Counted from the first letter of the stretch, positions 1 to 9,141 are shown. The stretch is DNA of 32,000 bases from Copranaerobaculum intestinale (GCF_009831105.1 NZ_WUUQ01000001.1:600001-632000), one strand, 5' to 3'. The notes: generated by a model not told the origin, from the sequence alone. Translations and numbers: made by a program.

Positions 1-750
1 CACTTGAATAGAAAATAGGCTGTCCCTTATCAAGTCCACGCTGTCCTTGCCCTTGCTGTCAGAGTTTGGGAGCATGATTTTTGTTCCCAAGTCCAACGAA
101 GCGGTACTAATATCACTTGAAAATTCATTTATCTTTTTGATGTAGTCGGGAGCGTAGGCAATAAACGAAGCGGACAGCACGAACACCACCACAAAGTTAA
201 TAACGGCATGAAGTGCCTTGCTGGTTTCCCGTTTTATCAGTCCCGTATAGGCAACATACATTCCCACCACTAAGATAATGAGAAGCAGGAAACCAACATA
301 GAAGCCCGTAGAAGAAAAACCGTTCTGTGTTACGCCTGCAAGGGTCTGTATGCTCTTTCCGATACTGTCTGCCATATCGTTGATGAAGTCCAGCTTATAG
401 GCTTCCTGCACCACATAACCCGTTGCATTGCTTAAATAAAGGCTTATCGTCCAGACAAAGTTGGTAATGCAGTAAAGCCCGTACTGTACCGATTTTCCGA
501 TACCGTCCAGCCAGTTCCACGGAAGCCACGACCAGCTATTATCGACGAAAAAATCAAGCTGGTAGTTGGAAAGCGGATATTTAGAATAAAGATTTTCTGC
601 GTTTATGGTATCGTCCACAAGCCCCGTCGCATGAGCCACCGTCCCCAGAAGTGAAAGCAGGATAAGGGAAAGTGCCACGACAAACAGAGCCATTTTGAGA
701 AAGTGGAAAATCTTCTTTTTTGTGAACGCACCTTTTATCCTTTCTTTCAT
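1..750 (-). CDS. Conjugation channel membrane protein, Tn916 orf15 / TcpH (VirB6-like); N-terminal 250 codons, 3' end off window
   Basis: The ATG at 748-750 overlaps the TGA of the upstream VirB4 gene (ATGA). My translation starts MKERIKGAFTKKKIFHFLKMALFVVALSLILLSLLGTVAHA and continues with several hydrophobic helices. The frame stays open to base 1. This ORF is not in the supplied track because it runs off the edge. Confidence 0.85.
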   Translation of the reverse strand, partial: MKERIKGAFTKKKIFHFLKMALFVVALSLILLSLLGTVAHATGLVDDTINAENLYSKYPLSNYQLDFFVDNSWSWLPWNWLDGIGKSVQYGLYCITNFVWTISLYLSNATGYVVQEAYKLDFINDMADSIGKSIQTLAGVTQNGFSSTGFYVGFLLLIILVVGMYVAYTGLIKRETSKALHAVINFVVVFVLSASFIAYAPDYIKKINEFSSDISTASLDLGTKIMLPNSDSKGKDSVDLIRDSLFSIQV

Positions 751-3200
751 CACTCCACCTCATTTCTCTGCACGGGCGGTCTGGTATCAAAAGCGTGTAG
801 CAGTTCTTCAAAGACTGGGTGTATCTGCACCACGCCGACACGCCCGTATAAGTCCTGCAATAAACATTGTCCGTTTTCCAAATCACGAAGCCGTTTCTGG
901 TTGTTCTCGTCGTCCTTGTCGATACCAAAAAACTCTAAGGTCTGTTTTATCTCGTTAATGTCAGTAGAACGAAAGGCAAACTTCAAGCCGATATTGTTTT
1001 TCAGACTTTCCTTTGAAACATCATAGGCAGACTGGGTAACAAAATAAACGCCTGCCTGCATAGCTCGTCCAGCACGAACCAGCTTGTTAGAGAGCGTTTC
1101 TCCTTGTGCCACATTTAAGAACGCCCACGCTTCGTCAAGGTCTACAATCTTAAAAATACTTCTGTCCGAATGGATAAAATCAAGGGCAAAGGTACTAATC
1201 ACAATCAGCATAGAAACCGATAATAATTCAATGGTCGTGTATTCCTCAAAAGTGGTATCTTTATCTGGCAGTACAAGGTCAGCTACTTGAATGATGTTGA
1301 GCTGGTTATCCAGACTGATAGCATTTTCTACCGTCCCGTCTGAAAACAGCAGATGTGCAAAGTCGTAGTCCGTGAAGCTGTCGATATGGTCTGCGATATT
1401 TCTTGATATGGGCGTATCTTCACGGCGTAGCTCGTCTATCACATGGAGCAAGCCCCGACTGTTGCTCTGGGTAACGGAGCGTACCGCTTTACGAAGTACG
1501 GGGAATTTTTCGCCGTCCCTAGAGGAAATACCCGTAAGGAATGTTAAGATGTCGATTGCCAGACTTTCAGCGTCTTTTACATTCTTCATAATCACGAATG
1601 GGTCAAGAAGTCCTGCATTTCCTTTATCGCTGGTTAAGTTTACGATATTGATTTCATGTGCGATTTCTGGAAGTGTTTCCTTCCAGTTGCCACGCTCTGA
1701 TTTTGGGTCTAAGATAACCGCCTGTCCCCCAAAGAGAACCGAATAATACACCAGAAGATTGTTACAGAACGACTTTCCACCGCCAAGCGAACCGACAAAA
1801 GCAGACGCAAGGGCGTTGGTAACTGTACCTTTTATACCTTGACTGGCAAGGGACGGTTGCAGGTACACATTTCTTCCCGTATCAACGGAATAGCCCATAT
1901 AGATACCCGTAGTTTCTCCTAACTGCTGTGTCGCACCAAAGCCAAGCCCAGCTAAAAAATCTGATTTTACATACTGCACATAATCATTGATATATCGCTT
2001 GCTGGCAGGTAAAAATTCAGAATGAAGCCCCAGCATATCCCCAGCAGGACGCACCAGCTTTACATTGAGGTCGTCGTAAAAGTCCTTGACTTCATCACAA
2101 CGGCGTTTTAATTCGTCCAAATCATCAGCCGATACACGCACTACATAAGAGAGCTTATACATACTTTCTTTTGTCTGGTCTAAGTCCGTTTCCAGCTCAT
2201 CCACGCTGTCTAATGCGTCCACCACATTTGAACTGGTTTCACTTCCTGCTTGATAGGCGTGATTATCCAAATCTTTCAATTCCTTTTTCTTATTTCTTAC
2301 TGTGGTAAGAGCCTTTCGATTCTCCACGATTTCTACATTCATAGAAGTATCAACGGGGAATGTGAATTGCTGTTGTTGGAAATAGAAGATTTCACTTGAC
2401 GGAAAATCAAGCTCCCCGACAATCGCATTGACGGTAAAGTAGGACACATAGCTTTCCTTGTCCTCATGTTCCAATCGTAAATACCGCTGGCTTTCCTCAA
2501 TCACACACCTTGTCGGACGGATAAGGTCGTAGTATTTTATCAGCGTTTCTTTGTTCAATTTCTTCTTTGGTAACTGATACTCATAATCTTCATAGGCGAT
2601 ACCGTTCCTGCCGTAAAGATGTTCCATGAGATACCCAAAATCATTGATTTCCAAGCGACGCACCTTGAAGCGACGGGAGATTTTATTTTCCAGTAACTTT
2701 TCCATTTTCATGTAACGGTTGATTTCATCATTCGGCATGGAAACAAAATCATTCATCAGCGTGTGGTTCACTTCATGGAGAAATTCCGTGAACGTCAGCC
2801 ACGCCGATTTTTTTATGTTCTTCAGATTGAGCTGTTCTTCCGTAACCATGAGCTTAAAGCCAAGAAAAAAGCGGTAGTCCACTTGATTGTCACCAATCAT
2901 AGATACTAACGCTTCGGTCTGTTCGTCTATTTTCTGGCAGGCAACTTCCTTTAATTTTCCAGTTACCAGCTTCTTTGACTGCTCCTGCATACTATGGATT
3001 GAGCTTTCCGTAGCAATCTGCAACGCATGAATTTTACCCTCACGGGACTGTGCGATAAGCTGTCGGAAACTGTCATGCACGATAAATTTCTGCTCTGCGG
3101 ATAGAAAAGAATAGTTGTACGGTATCAGCTCATAGTAAGCGAACACCTCATTGTCCTTGTTCCAGACAAGGTTATTGTCAATATATTTTATCGGGAACAT
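750..3200 (-). CDS. VirB4-type conjugative transfer ATPase (Tn916 orf16 / TcpF family)
   Basis: 816 aa, with Walker A GSLGGGKS and Walker B IVDLDEAW. The size matches Tn916 Orf16 (815 aa). The start overlaps the upstream orf17-like gene. Confidence 0.95.
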   Translation of the reverse strand: MFPIKYIDNNLVWNKDNEVFAYYELIPYNYSFLSAEQKFIVHDSFRQLIAQSREGKIHALQIATESSIHSMQEQSKKLVTGKLKEVACQKIDEQTEALVSMIGDNQVDYRFFLGFKLMVTEEQLNLKNIKKSAWLTFTEFLHEVNHTLMNDFVSMPNDEINRYMKMEKLLENKISRRFKVRRLEINDFGYLMEHLYGRNGIAYEDYEYQLPKKKLNKETLIKYYDLIRPTRCVIEESQRYLRLEHEDKESYVSYFTVNAIVGELDFPSSEIFYFQQQQFTFPVDTSMNVEIVENRKALTTVRNKKKELKDLDNHAYQAGSETSSNVVDALDSVDELETDLDQTKESMYKLSYVVRVSADDLDELKRRCDEVKDFYDDLNVKLVRPAGDMLGLHSEFLPASKRYINDYVQYVKSDFLAGLGFGATQQLGETTGIYMGYSVDTGRNVYLQPSLASQGIKGTVTNALASAFVGSLGGGKSFCNNLLVYYSVLFGGQAVILDPKSERGNWKETLPEIAHEINIVNLTSDKGNAGLLDPFVIMKNVKDAESLAIDILTFLTGISSRDGEKFPVLRKAVRSVTQSNSRGLLHVIDELRREDTPISRNIADHIDSFTDYDFAHLLFSDGTVENAISLDNQLNIIQVADLVLPDKDTTFEEYTTIELLSVSMLIVISTFALDFIHSDRSIFKIVDLDEAWAFLNVAQGETLSNKLVRAGRAMQAGVYFVTQSAYDVSKESLKNNIGLKFAFRSTDINEIKQTLEFFGIDKDDENNQKRLRDLENGQCLLQDLYGRVGVVQIHPVFEELLHAFDTRPPVQRNEVE

Positions 3201-3576
3201 AGTTCACACTCCTTACTGCCGTGATTGTTTCATTCAAGGTCTGCTTATGCAGTTTTACGGCTTTTCCCGCATAAGTGATTTTAGGTCGCAGGGCATAGGT
3301 TATCTGTGATTTCAAAAAGCTGTACGGCTTCTTTCCGTCAAAGGTTTTCTGCGACATAAACCAAGTGAGAGCAACGGGAATACCGAAGTATTTGAGAAAT
3401 GCTCCCTCAATCATGGAAAGTGGGGGAATATCCCCAAACAGAATGATGATAAATTCCGTAATCACAAACCATGTAATCTGTGTAAAGGTAACGGGAAAAG
3501 GCAGGTTAAAGTCATTGATTGCATACAAGACTTTTTCCACGTTCCAGATACCCGTATAAGATTTAATCTTTTTCAA
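3178..3576 (-). CDS. Small conjugation membrane protein (Tn916 orf17 / TcpE-like)
   Basis: 132 aa with two hydrophobic helices (ITWFVITEFIIILFG, FGIPVALTWFM). It has a 23-nt overlap with the VirB4 start. The position is conserved in Tn916-like elements. Confidence 0.75.
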   Translation of the reverse strand: MKKIKSYTGIWNVEKVLYAINDFNLPFPVTFTQITWFVITEFIIILFGDIPPLSMIEGAFLKYFGIPVALTWFMSQKTFDGKKPYSFLKSQITYALRPKITYAGKAVKLHKQTLNETITAVRSVNYVPDKIY

Positions 3577-3604
3577 GTTCTTTCAGCTCCTTTCGTAAGT
3601 TCTT

Positions 3605-3640
3605 CAAAGAGAAAAGGACAGCCATTTTCAGACTGTCCCT
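3605..3640 (-). terminator. Rho-independent terminator downstream of ardA
   Basis: On the minus strand, stem GGACAG (3633-3638 rc) pairs with CTGTCC (3616-3621 rc) and is followed by TTTTCTCTTT. A second small hairpin AGCAAC/GTTGCT lies at about 3664-3681. Confidence 0.6.
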
Positions 3641-3693
3641 TAAAAGAGAAATACGCTGTCAGTAGCAACCATGCCGTTGCTGATCTTCCAGCG

Positions 3694-4197
3694 TTAATAT
3701 GGTATCTCGCATATCCCTCGGCTTGTTTCAATAAAGCAACCGCCCATATCCAAATCTCGCCCGTAGGCTTCATAATCAATGTAGTTCTGTAAGCTGGGTG
3801 GAATGTCCCCAAGTGCCTGCAATTCGTCTATGTAGTAATAGGCAACATCTGTCATGGTTTCACAGTCGGGATAATAATAAATATCGTCCTTGTGTTCCAC
3901 GACTTCTTCCAGCGTCCCGTAGTGACTGATAAATTCGTCCAGACACTCTACGATATAGTCGGGAAGTTCCTCTATCATTTCATACATCTCATTGAGTTCT
4001 TCAATGGAAACATACTCGCCAATCGCAATGGGGAAGTTGTCGGTATCATGGATAGCGTATTCCTCATACTGTTCATTCAAGCCGATTTTTTCTTTTACAT
4101 CTTCCTCGTCAATGGGGAACGTGAACCAAGCACCGACTAAATAACCCTCATTGTATTTACCGAGATTAGCAATGTAAACCGCCATATCATCTATCAT
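3694..4197 (-). CDS. ardA: Antirestriction protein ArdA (Tn916 orf18 homolog)
   Basis: N-terminus MIDDMAVYIANLGKYNEGYLVGAWFTFPID is the typical ArdA start. The protein is very acidic and about 167 aa. I chose the ATG at 4197, 6 nt after GAGGTG, over the GTG at 4206 in the track. Confidence 0.9.
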   Translation of the reverse strand: MIDDMAVYIANLGKYNEGYLVGAWFTFPIDEEDVKEKIGLNEQYEEYAIHDTDNFPIAIGEYVSIEELNEMYEMIEELPDYIVECLDEFISHYGTLEEVVEHKDDIYYYPDCETMTDVAYYYIDELQALGDIPPSLQNYIDYEAYGRDLDMGGCFIETSRGICEIPY

Positions 4198-4214
4198 AAG
4201 CACCACCTCATTTC

Positions 4215-4718
4215 CTACTCTGGTAGTTCAAAGATACCGTGTTCCGTTACTAAGAATTTCCCGTGTTCCTGCAAGTGAGAAGCGTAGGCTTCAAAGTCAA
4301 AGTAGTATTCTTGACAGTCCTCGGATAAATGTTTGAACGTCGAGTCATTCATCAGCTTTTGCCTTGCAACATCTATCATGCTTTTGCAGTCGGGATAAAC
4401 CGTAATCACGTTCCTGCAAATATAAAGTGCTTCTAAATTCTCAAACACCGTAAGTAGTGATACATATTCTTCCTGCATATCGCTTGAAAGCTGGCGGTAC
4501 ATAAACTCTAATTCGTTAAGCTGGTACACGCTTGTATGTTCGTGGACTTCATCAGCATAAGGCAACACCTTTTCGATAATGCGGTACGCCGTGCTTTCTG
4601 CACCGACACCTAACTTTTCTTCAAACTCGGCAACATCTATCGGCAGGTCGAACCAGTATGATGTTGTTTCTTCGCCAGTTGTTTCTCTCGTTTCCACCAG
4701 CACCCTTGTTTCCTGCAT
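4215..4718 (-). CDS. Second, divergent ArdA-like antirestriction protein
   Basis: 167 aa, acidic, with the same layout as the neighbour: YWFDLPIDVAEFEEKLG aligns with AWFTFPIDEEDVKEKIG, and YPDCKSMIDVA aligns with YPDCETMTDVA. It lies 17 nt upstream of ardA. Confidence 0.75.
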   Translation of the reverse strand: MQETRVLVETRETTGEETTSYWFDLPIDVAEFEEKLGVGAESTAYRIIEKVLPYADEVHEHTSVYQLNELEFMYRQLSSDMQEEYVSLLTVFENLEALYICRNVITVYPDCKSMIDVARQKLMNDSTFKHLSEDCQEYYFDFEAYASHLQEHGKFLVTEHGIFELPE

Positions 4719-4933
4719 TGTTCTTCACGTCCTTTCTGTTGTTTCATCACATCTTTTAAGGTCTGGTACGGCATACCAAACACAAACTTTGAAAAATCTT
4801 CTAATTGTCTTTCTTCATAATCGGCAGGGCTCAGCCGTTTCATTTCACGCCACACCTTACGCTTGTAAGAGGGCAGGTCAGAAATGTATTCACAGCCGAC
4901 TTTTGCCTGCATATCCTTAAAAATATCGTTCAT
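4637..4933 (-). CDS. Hypothetical ICE protein (98 aa from MNDIFKDMQAKVGCEY)
   Basis: The ATG at 4931-4933 is preceded by GGAGTG. The 3' 82 nt overlap the ArdA-like start at 4718, so the true C-terminus is uncertain. Confidence 0.5.
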   Translation of the reverse strand: MNDIFKDMQAKVGCEYISDLPSYKRKVWREMKRLSPADYEERQLEDFSKFVFGMPYQTLKDVMKQQKGREEQCRKQGCWWKREKQLAKKQHHTGSTCR

Positions 4934-4962
4934 GTAATCACTCCAATCTGAAATTTTGGTAT

Positions 4963-4998
4963 GAAAAAAGCAGTCAATCATAAGACTAACTGCTTTGT
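4963..4998 (-). terminator. Rho-independent terminator closing XRE-TM cassette 1 (copy A of a 36-37 bp repeat)
   Basis: The minus strand reads AAAGCAGT-tagtcttatgattg-ACTGCTTT-TTTC. Copy B at 9167-9203 is identical except for one inserted base. Confidence 0.75.
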
Positions 4999-5017
4999 GT
5001 GAATATTAAATTATAGC

Positions 5018-5794
5018 TTATCCTAATCTCTTTTTAATCTTTCTTTTTAGTTTGAAAAAGAAACTCGTTGAATATTGCTCGTTTTTCACTAATAGTTCAT
5101 AGGTTTCCATAACATTGATTGTATATACAAAACCCAACATTCCAACAGCAAGACCGAAAAATGCAAAGGAATGATATTCTGTCCATGAAATATAGCCTTT
5201 CACAGTAAATAGAAAGAAAATTAGTCCTGCTATAAAGAGAACAGTACAAGGAACAGCAACTATTACATATTTTTTCTTTTTTGAAGTGTATTCGCTTTTC
5301 AATTCTTTTAGATATTCATAATCAAGTAGTAAAGGTTCTTGCCTTAAAATGTTGTATTCTTGTTTTTCATAAAAAATTGCTACGACAAAAAATATAATTC
5401 CTGCCACAAAGCAAAATGCCATACCTAAATAACGCCAAGTCATATTATCTAAAAACAAGGTATATGGTATTCCAGCAAAAATGCAAAGCATAACCCCTAA
5501 AGCAAGATAAAGTCCTAATTTTTTCTGATTAGCGATAAACCCTACCGACATTTCCTTGCTTACATAATATCCTCGTTCTTCACTATTCTTTACATTCTTT
5601 TCGTCTTTCAAAAGATAATCCGTAGATACTTCAAAAATGTTTGATAATTGTAAAAGCTTTTCTGTTTCTGGAAACCCTTGATTGTTTTCCCATTTACTAA
5701 TTGCCTGCCTAGTAGTGCCTATTTGTTCAGCTAGTGCTTCTTGCGATATTCCTTTTTCTTTTCTTAACTTGAAGATTTTTTCTCCTAAACTCAT
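5018..5794 (-). CDS. Membrane-tethered XRE-family HTH regulator (N-terminal HTH_3, about 4 TM helices)
   Basis: 258 aa. The HTH is [37 protein letters not shown], followed by four long hydrophobic segments. GGAGG RBS. There is no counterpart in the canonical Tn916 backbone. Confidence 0.85.
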   Translation of the reverse strand: MSLGEKIFKLRKEKGISQEALAEQIGTTRQAISKWENNQGFPETEKLLQLSNIFEVSTDYLLKDEKNVKNSEERGYYVSKEMSVGFIANQKKLGLYLALGVMLCIFAGIPYTLFLDNMTWRYLGMAFCFVAGIIFFVVAIFYEKQEYNILRQEPLLLDYEYLKELKSEYTSKKKKYVIVAVPCTVLFIAGLIFFLFTVKGYISWTEYHSFAFFGLAVGMLGFVYTINVMETYELLVKNEQYSTSFFFKLKRKIKKRLG

Positions 5795-5875
5795 TGTGTG
5801 ATACCTCCTATGATTTGATGAATAAATTTTATCAAGCCATAATGTTATATTCTATATTTTTTGAAATGCACATTA

Positions 5876-5909
5876 GCAACTTCAAGTTGCAACCTTGTAT
5901 AATATACAA
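5876..5909. promoter_or_regulatory. Two adjacent perfect palindromes (candidate operators) upstream of the XRE-TM gene
   Basis: GCAACTT-C-AAGTTGC lies at 5876-5890 and TTGTATA-A-TATACAA at 5895-5909. The second contains a TATAAT hexamer. Both lie 80-115 nt upstream of the start at 5794. Confidence 0.55.
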
Positions 5910-5997
5910 AATTCATAGATTTTTCTGGTAAGTACAGCGTTTTATGTAATACAACATTCAAATTATAACATTCGCATATCAGTACCACAATAAAATT

Positions 5998-6219
5998 TTA
6001 TGCACCGATAATCTTATTGAACAGCTCTAACAATACATCTTTCACACCGCCAGCATTGAATACCAAACCGACAGCAATCAAGGCAACTACCAAGAAGCCG
6101 ATAAGTTTGGAAAACTCACGCTTGAACCCTAAGTAGATACCGATAACCACAATCGCCATAAGCACTAAGCTCTGTGCGTTACTTAAAAACCATTGATACA
6201 AATTTTGTCCGAAATTCAT
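5998..6219 (-). CDS. Small integral membrane protein (73 aa, 2 TM), at the Tn916 orf19 position
   Basis: MNFGQNLYQWFLSNAQSLVLMAIVVIGIYLGFKREFSKLIGFLVVALIAVGLVF has two clear TM helices. It lies just downstream of the relaxase gene. Confidence 0.7.
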   Translation of the reverse strand: MNFGQNLYQWFLSNAQSLVLMAIVVIGIYLGFKREFSKLIGFLVVALIAVGLVFNAGGVKDVLLELFNKIIGA

Positions 6220-6354
6220 TTAATTGTCCTCGCTTTCTTCTAATTGTTTCATTTTATAGTCAGCTTCTTTGCCGACATTCAAAATACACATCAAGACTAT
6301 GCCGATACCCATTCCCATAGATACCAGCAGGAAGTCTTTTAATAATACCCACAT
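6220..6354 (-). CDS. Possible 44-aa membrane peptide (below the ORF-track cutoff)
   Basis: My translation is MWVLLKDFLLVSMGMGIGIVLMCILNVGKEADYKMKQLEESEDN. Its TAA abuts the ATG of the 73-aa gene (TAAATG). It fills the gap between the relaxase and that gene exactly. No strong RBS was seen. Confidence 0.35.
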   Translation of the reverse strand: MWVLLKDFLLVSMGMGIGIVLMCILNVGKEADYKMKQLEESEDN

Positions 6355-6366
6355 TTTTCATCACTC

Positions 6367-7563
6367 CTAAATTTCTACTAAATCTTTTGCAGGGGTCGTC
6401 TGCTGTTTGATTATCATTTCATGCTTTTCTGTGAGCTTTGCCTGCTGTTCGATTGTCTCCATGTAATCTGTACCGTTTCCCTTATCAATCTTTTTCAGCA
6501 TTTTCAAGGTCGGTGCTACCTGCCTTTGTACCCAACGCAATGTACGATCTAAGGTATAAGGTTCTGGCTTTGTCGTCAGTTTCAGACTTTGCCGATTATC
6601 GCCGATAAACCAAGCCCAGCGGTCATTGAGTTTCCAGTCATTTTTCCGCTTGTCTGGTTCTTCATCAACAAACCGTACATACTGATTGATGATAGAAAAG
6701 GCGGTCTGCTCTGCGTCGTAATACGTCAGCAAATCCCGTACTGCATAATAGGCACGTTCATTTCTAAGCCGTATCTCAAAACGGTTGATAATATCGGCTT
6801 CTTCCAGAGGTGTCCCTAACTTGACATACTGCTCATAGTCCTTTTCATAGATACAGAAATATACATCAGATTTCAGCGAACCAAGATAAAGGGTACGTCC
6901 CATATATTCTCTGTCGTCCTCGCTGTGCTTGATAAGCTCGCCCGACTGGTAAAACTTATAACTTCTGGACTTTCCGATATATTCCCGTTTTCTGCATTTT
7001 TCCGCAAGCTCTGGAATATCCAAAATGCCCGTATGGTCGTTGATAGCAAGGTCGATACGCTTCATCACGCCACCGTCTATGAGTGCGTCCATGAGAAAGT
7101 CATACCAGCTTCTTTGCTGTGCCAGCAGGTAACTCTCAAACTGTCGGCAACCACGCCCCTTTAACTCTAAAAGGACACCTTTTTCTTCGTCAGCCGACGT
7201 ATAGATAAAGATGTCCCCTAAAGAATAATGCTCCGTATAACTGTAATGTCCGTAATCTTCATGGAGCATATAGTTGATATTCAGTTTTAATATATCTTTG
7301 ATGATGTGCTGTATATCCAGCGTGGGAAAACGAATTTTCACATAATCAAACAGCATGGTAAGCGGTGCTTCTGGATTGAACCTTGCCAGTTCTTTATGCA
7401 GAGTTTCCAGAAGTTCCTTTGACGGCTTCATTTTTCCGCTTTCTATCTTGTTGAGATATTCCCTTGTGATACCAGAAGCCACCGCCAGCCTGCCTTGTGA
7501 GATACCGTAAGCAATCCGTTTCTCCCGTAATTCTTTTATCCATTGTTCTTCATTCAGAACCAT
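6367..7563 (-). CDS. Rep_trans-family relaxase/replication initiator with N-terminal XRE HTH (Tn916 orf20, MobT type)
   Basis: 398 aa. The N-terminal HTH (GISQGRLAVASGITREYLNKIESGK) is fused to a Rep_trans-like body. It sits between the FtsK-like gene and the small membrane genes, as in Tn916. Confidence 0.9.
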   Translation of the reverse strand: MVLNEEQWIKELREKRIAYGISQGRLAVASGITREYLNKIESGKMKPSKELLETLHKELARFNPEAPLTMLFDYVKIRFPTLDIQHIIKDILKLNINYMLHEDYGHYSYTEHYSLGDIFIYTSADEEKGVLLELKGRGCRQFESYLLAQQRSWYDFLMDALIDGGVMKRIDLAINDHTGILDIPELAEKCRKREYIGKSRSYKFYQSGELIKHSEDDREYMGRTLYLGSLKSDVYFCIYEKDYEQYVKLGTPLEEADIINRFEIRLRNERAYYAVRDLLTYYDAEQTAFSIINQYVRFVDEEPDKRKNDWKLNDRWAWFIGDNRQSLKLTTKPEPYTLDRTLRWVQRQVAPTLKMLKKIDKGNGTDYMETIEQQAKLTEKHEMIIKQQTTPAKDLVEI

Positions 7564-7746
7564 ACCCCCAATCTGTCAAGTGTGAAGTTTTTTAAGGCGA
7601 CTTCACAGCCGATTTTTACTGGGAAATCATGCCAGAAGCCTTATGTTTCCTATGTTTTTCGTCTATTGTCTATTTGCAAACGTACCCCTCTGTTAGATAC
7701 CGAGGGGTTTTACCTGCTGGCGTGGCTTACGCCACACCAGCAACGG
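7564..7746. promoter_or_regulatory. Candidate oriT region (orf20-orf21 intergenic)
   Basis: Three hairpins are present: GTGAAGT/ACTTCAC (7582-7606), ACCCCTC/GAGGGGT (7684-7708), and CTGG-GTGGC/GCCAC-CCAG (7717-7740). Tn916 oriT maps to the equivalent intergenic region. The nic site was not identifiable by eye. Confidence 0.5.
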
Positions 7747-9141
7747 CTAGTCCGTGCCGTCGCCTTTCGCTTCGCACGTCGCCGTCCCGTCCTGCCTTGC
7801 TTGTGCAAGAGAGCCGATAGTCTGCAAAAAGTCATGTCCTTTCGGGACTAAAGGCGTGTAAAATTCGCTGATAACGCTTGTTCCCACATCACAATAGCCA
7901 CGCCCCTTGATACGCTTCTGGAAAAACTGCTTTTTCACATCTGAACCAAACAGCATACCGTAACCTAATTCGCTGATACGCCCAAGTCCCACGCGGAAAT
8001 TGAAGTTATCTCTGATACCGTCCGAGAAATACTTTGCGTCTGGACGCTGGCAGGCAACGATAAGGAAATATCCTGCTTGCCGTCCTAACATAACGATTTT
8101 CTTTAACTGGCTAAGTAAGCCCACGCTTTCTTTTGTCCCCAGCATTTCAAAAAACGCCACATATTCATCAAAGATAAGAAAGCAGGGTGGCAGTCCCAGA
8201 TAAGCGTAGTTTTCGCCCGTCTTATAGTTCGGGTGTCGCTTCATTTCCTCACTTCGCTGTACCATACCCTCATAAAAGGCATTGACGCAATCAATCATTT
8301 TTTCTTTGGTGTGATACACATTTTCCATAACTGTCCCTAAGTCTGCTAAGTCCGCATTTTTCGGGTCTAAGATGTAAAGGACAGCGTTGGTATGCAGTAA
8401 GGCTTCAATGAGCGTCAGCAGAAAATAGGTTTTACCGCCACCAGTCCCACCAGCAATCAGAGCGTGAGGGAGTGCGTCATATTCCCAGACAAGATTTTTC
8501 ATCAATTTAAGACAGCCATTTTCTGCCCGTACTTCATCAATAGTAATGCGGTTCGCTATCATATCATAAAGCAGGGTATATTCGATATAACCGTCATGTA
8601 AGGTCTTGTCGGTCAGCTCACAATATAATCCACTTTCCAATTTATCCTCTAACCGTAAAAGCTGGTCTTGATATTTTCCCAGCGTAATTTCACAGCGGAT
8701 ATGAAGCAGTCCCTTTTCCATTTGATAATAAATCTTTGGAAACCAGACGATTTTTTCCCTTGATCTGCTTTGCAGGTCAGTAAAAAAACCGCTGTCTTGT
8801 ACGGTATCGGCTTCATACCACTTATTTTCCAGTATCATTCTCGCCAGCTTTTGACGGTGCAGGAGCTTCTTGAAACTGTCGTAACAGAAGCGGTAATACA
8901 GAAAAGCGACCAATGCACAAACACCAGTCGCTATCAGTATGGTTATGAAGTTGTAAGGGGAAAGCGTCAAGCCGTTCTCTAACAAGCTGAAATGCTCCCA
9001 GTCGGTACGCATGAGCTGTTTGATATTCAGTAGCAGGAGAACCGCCACGAATAAAAACAGAAGCGTCCCTATGGAAAAATGGTAGACAAGGTGCTTGTCG
9101 CTGGCTCTGATACGGTGTCCTCTATTCCAAATCTTACGCAT
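7747..9141 (-). CDS. FtsK/SpoIIIE-family coupling protein (Tn916 orf21 / TcpA-like)
   Basis: 464 aa with two N-terminal TM helices, Walker A GGTGGGKT and Walker B LIFDEY. AAGGAG RBS. Confidence 0.95.
   Translation of the reverse strand: MRKIWNRGHRIRASDKHLVYHFSIGTLLFLFVAVLLLLNIKQLMRTDWEHFSLLENGLTLSPYNFITILIATGVCALVAFLYYRFCYDSFKKLLHRQKLARMILENKWYEADTVQDSGFFTDLQSRSREKIVWFPKIYYQMEKGLLHIRCEITLGKYQDQLLRLEDKLESGLYCELTDKTLHDGYIEYTLLYDMIANRITIDEVRAENGCLKLMKNLVWEYDALPHALIAGGTGGGKTYFLLTLIEALLHTNAVLYILDPKNADLADLGTVMENVYHTKEKMIDCVNAFYEGMVQRSEEMKRHPNYKTGENYAYLGLPPCFLIFDEYVAFFEMLGTKESVGLLSQLKKIVMLGRQAGYFLIVACQRPDAKYFSDGIRDNFNFRVGLGRISELGYGMLFGSDVKKQFFQKRIKGRGYCDVGTSVISEFYTPLVPKGHDFLQTIGSLAQARQDGTATCEAKGDGTD

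Noticed and set aside
581-1746. Plus- and minus-strand ORFs of 68-124 aa overlapping the orf15 and VirB4 genes
   Set aside because: They lie inside or antisense to long, well-supported conjugation genes, and their low-complexity Ser/Arg-rich products are typical of wrong-frame translation.
3573-3812. 79-aa minus-strand ORF overlapping the 3' end of ardA
   Set aside because: It overlaps ardA in another frame and spans the terminator hairpins. No RBS is present.
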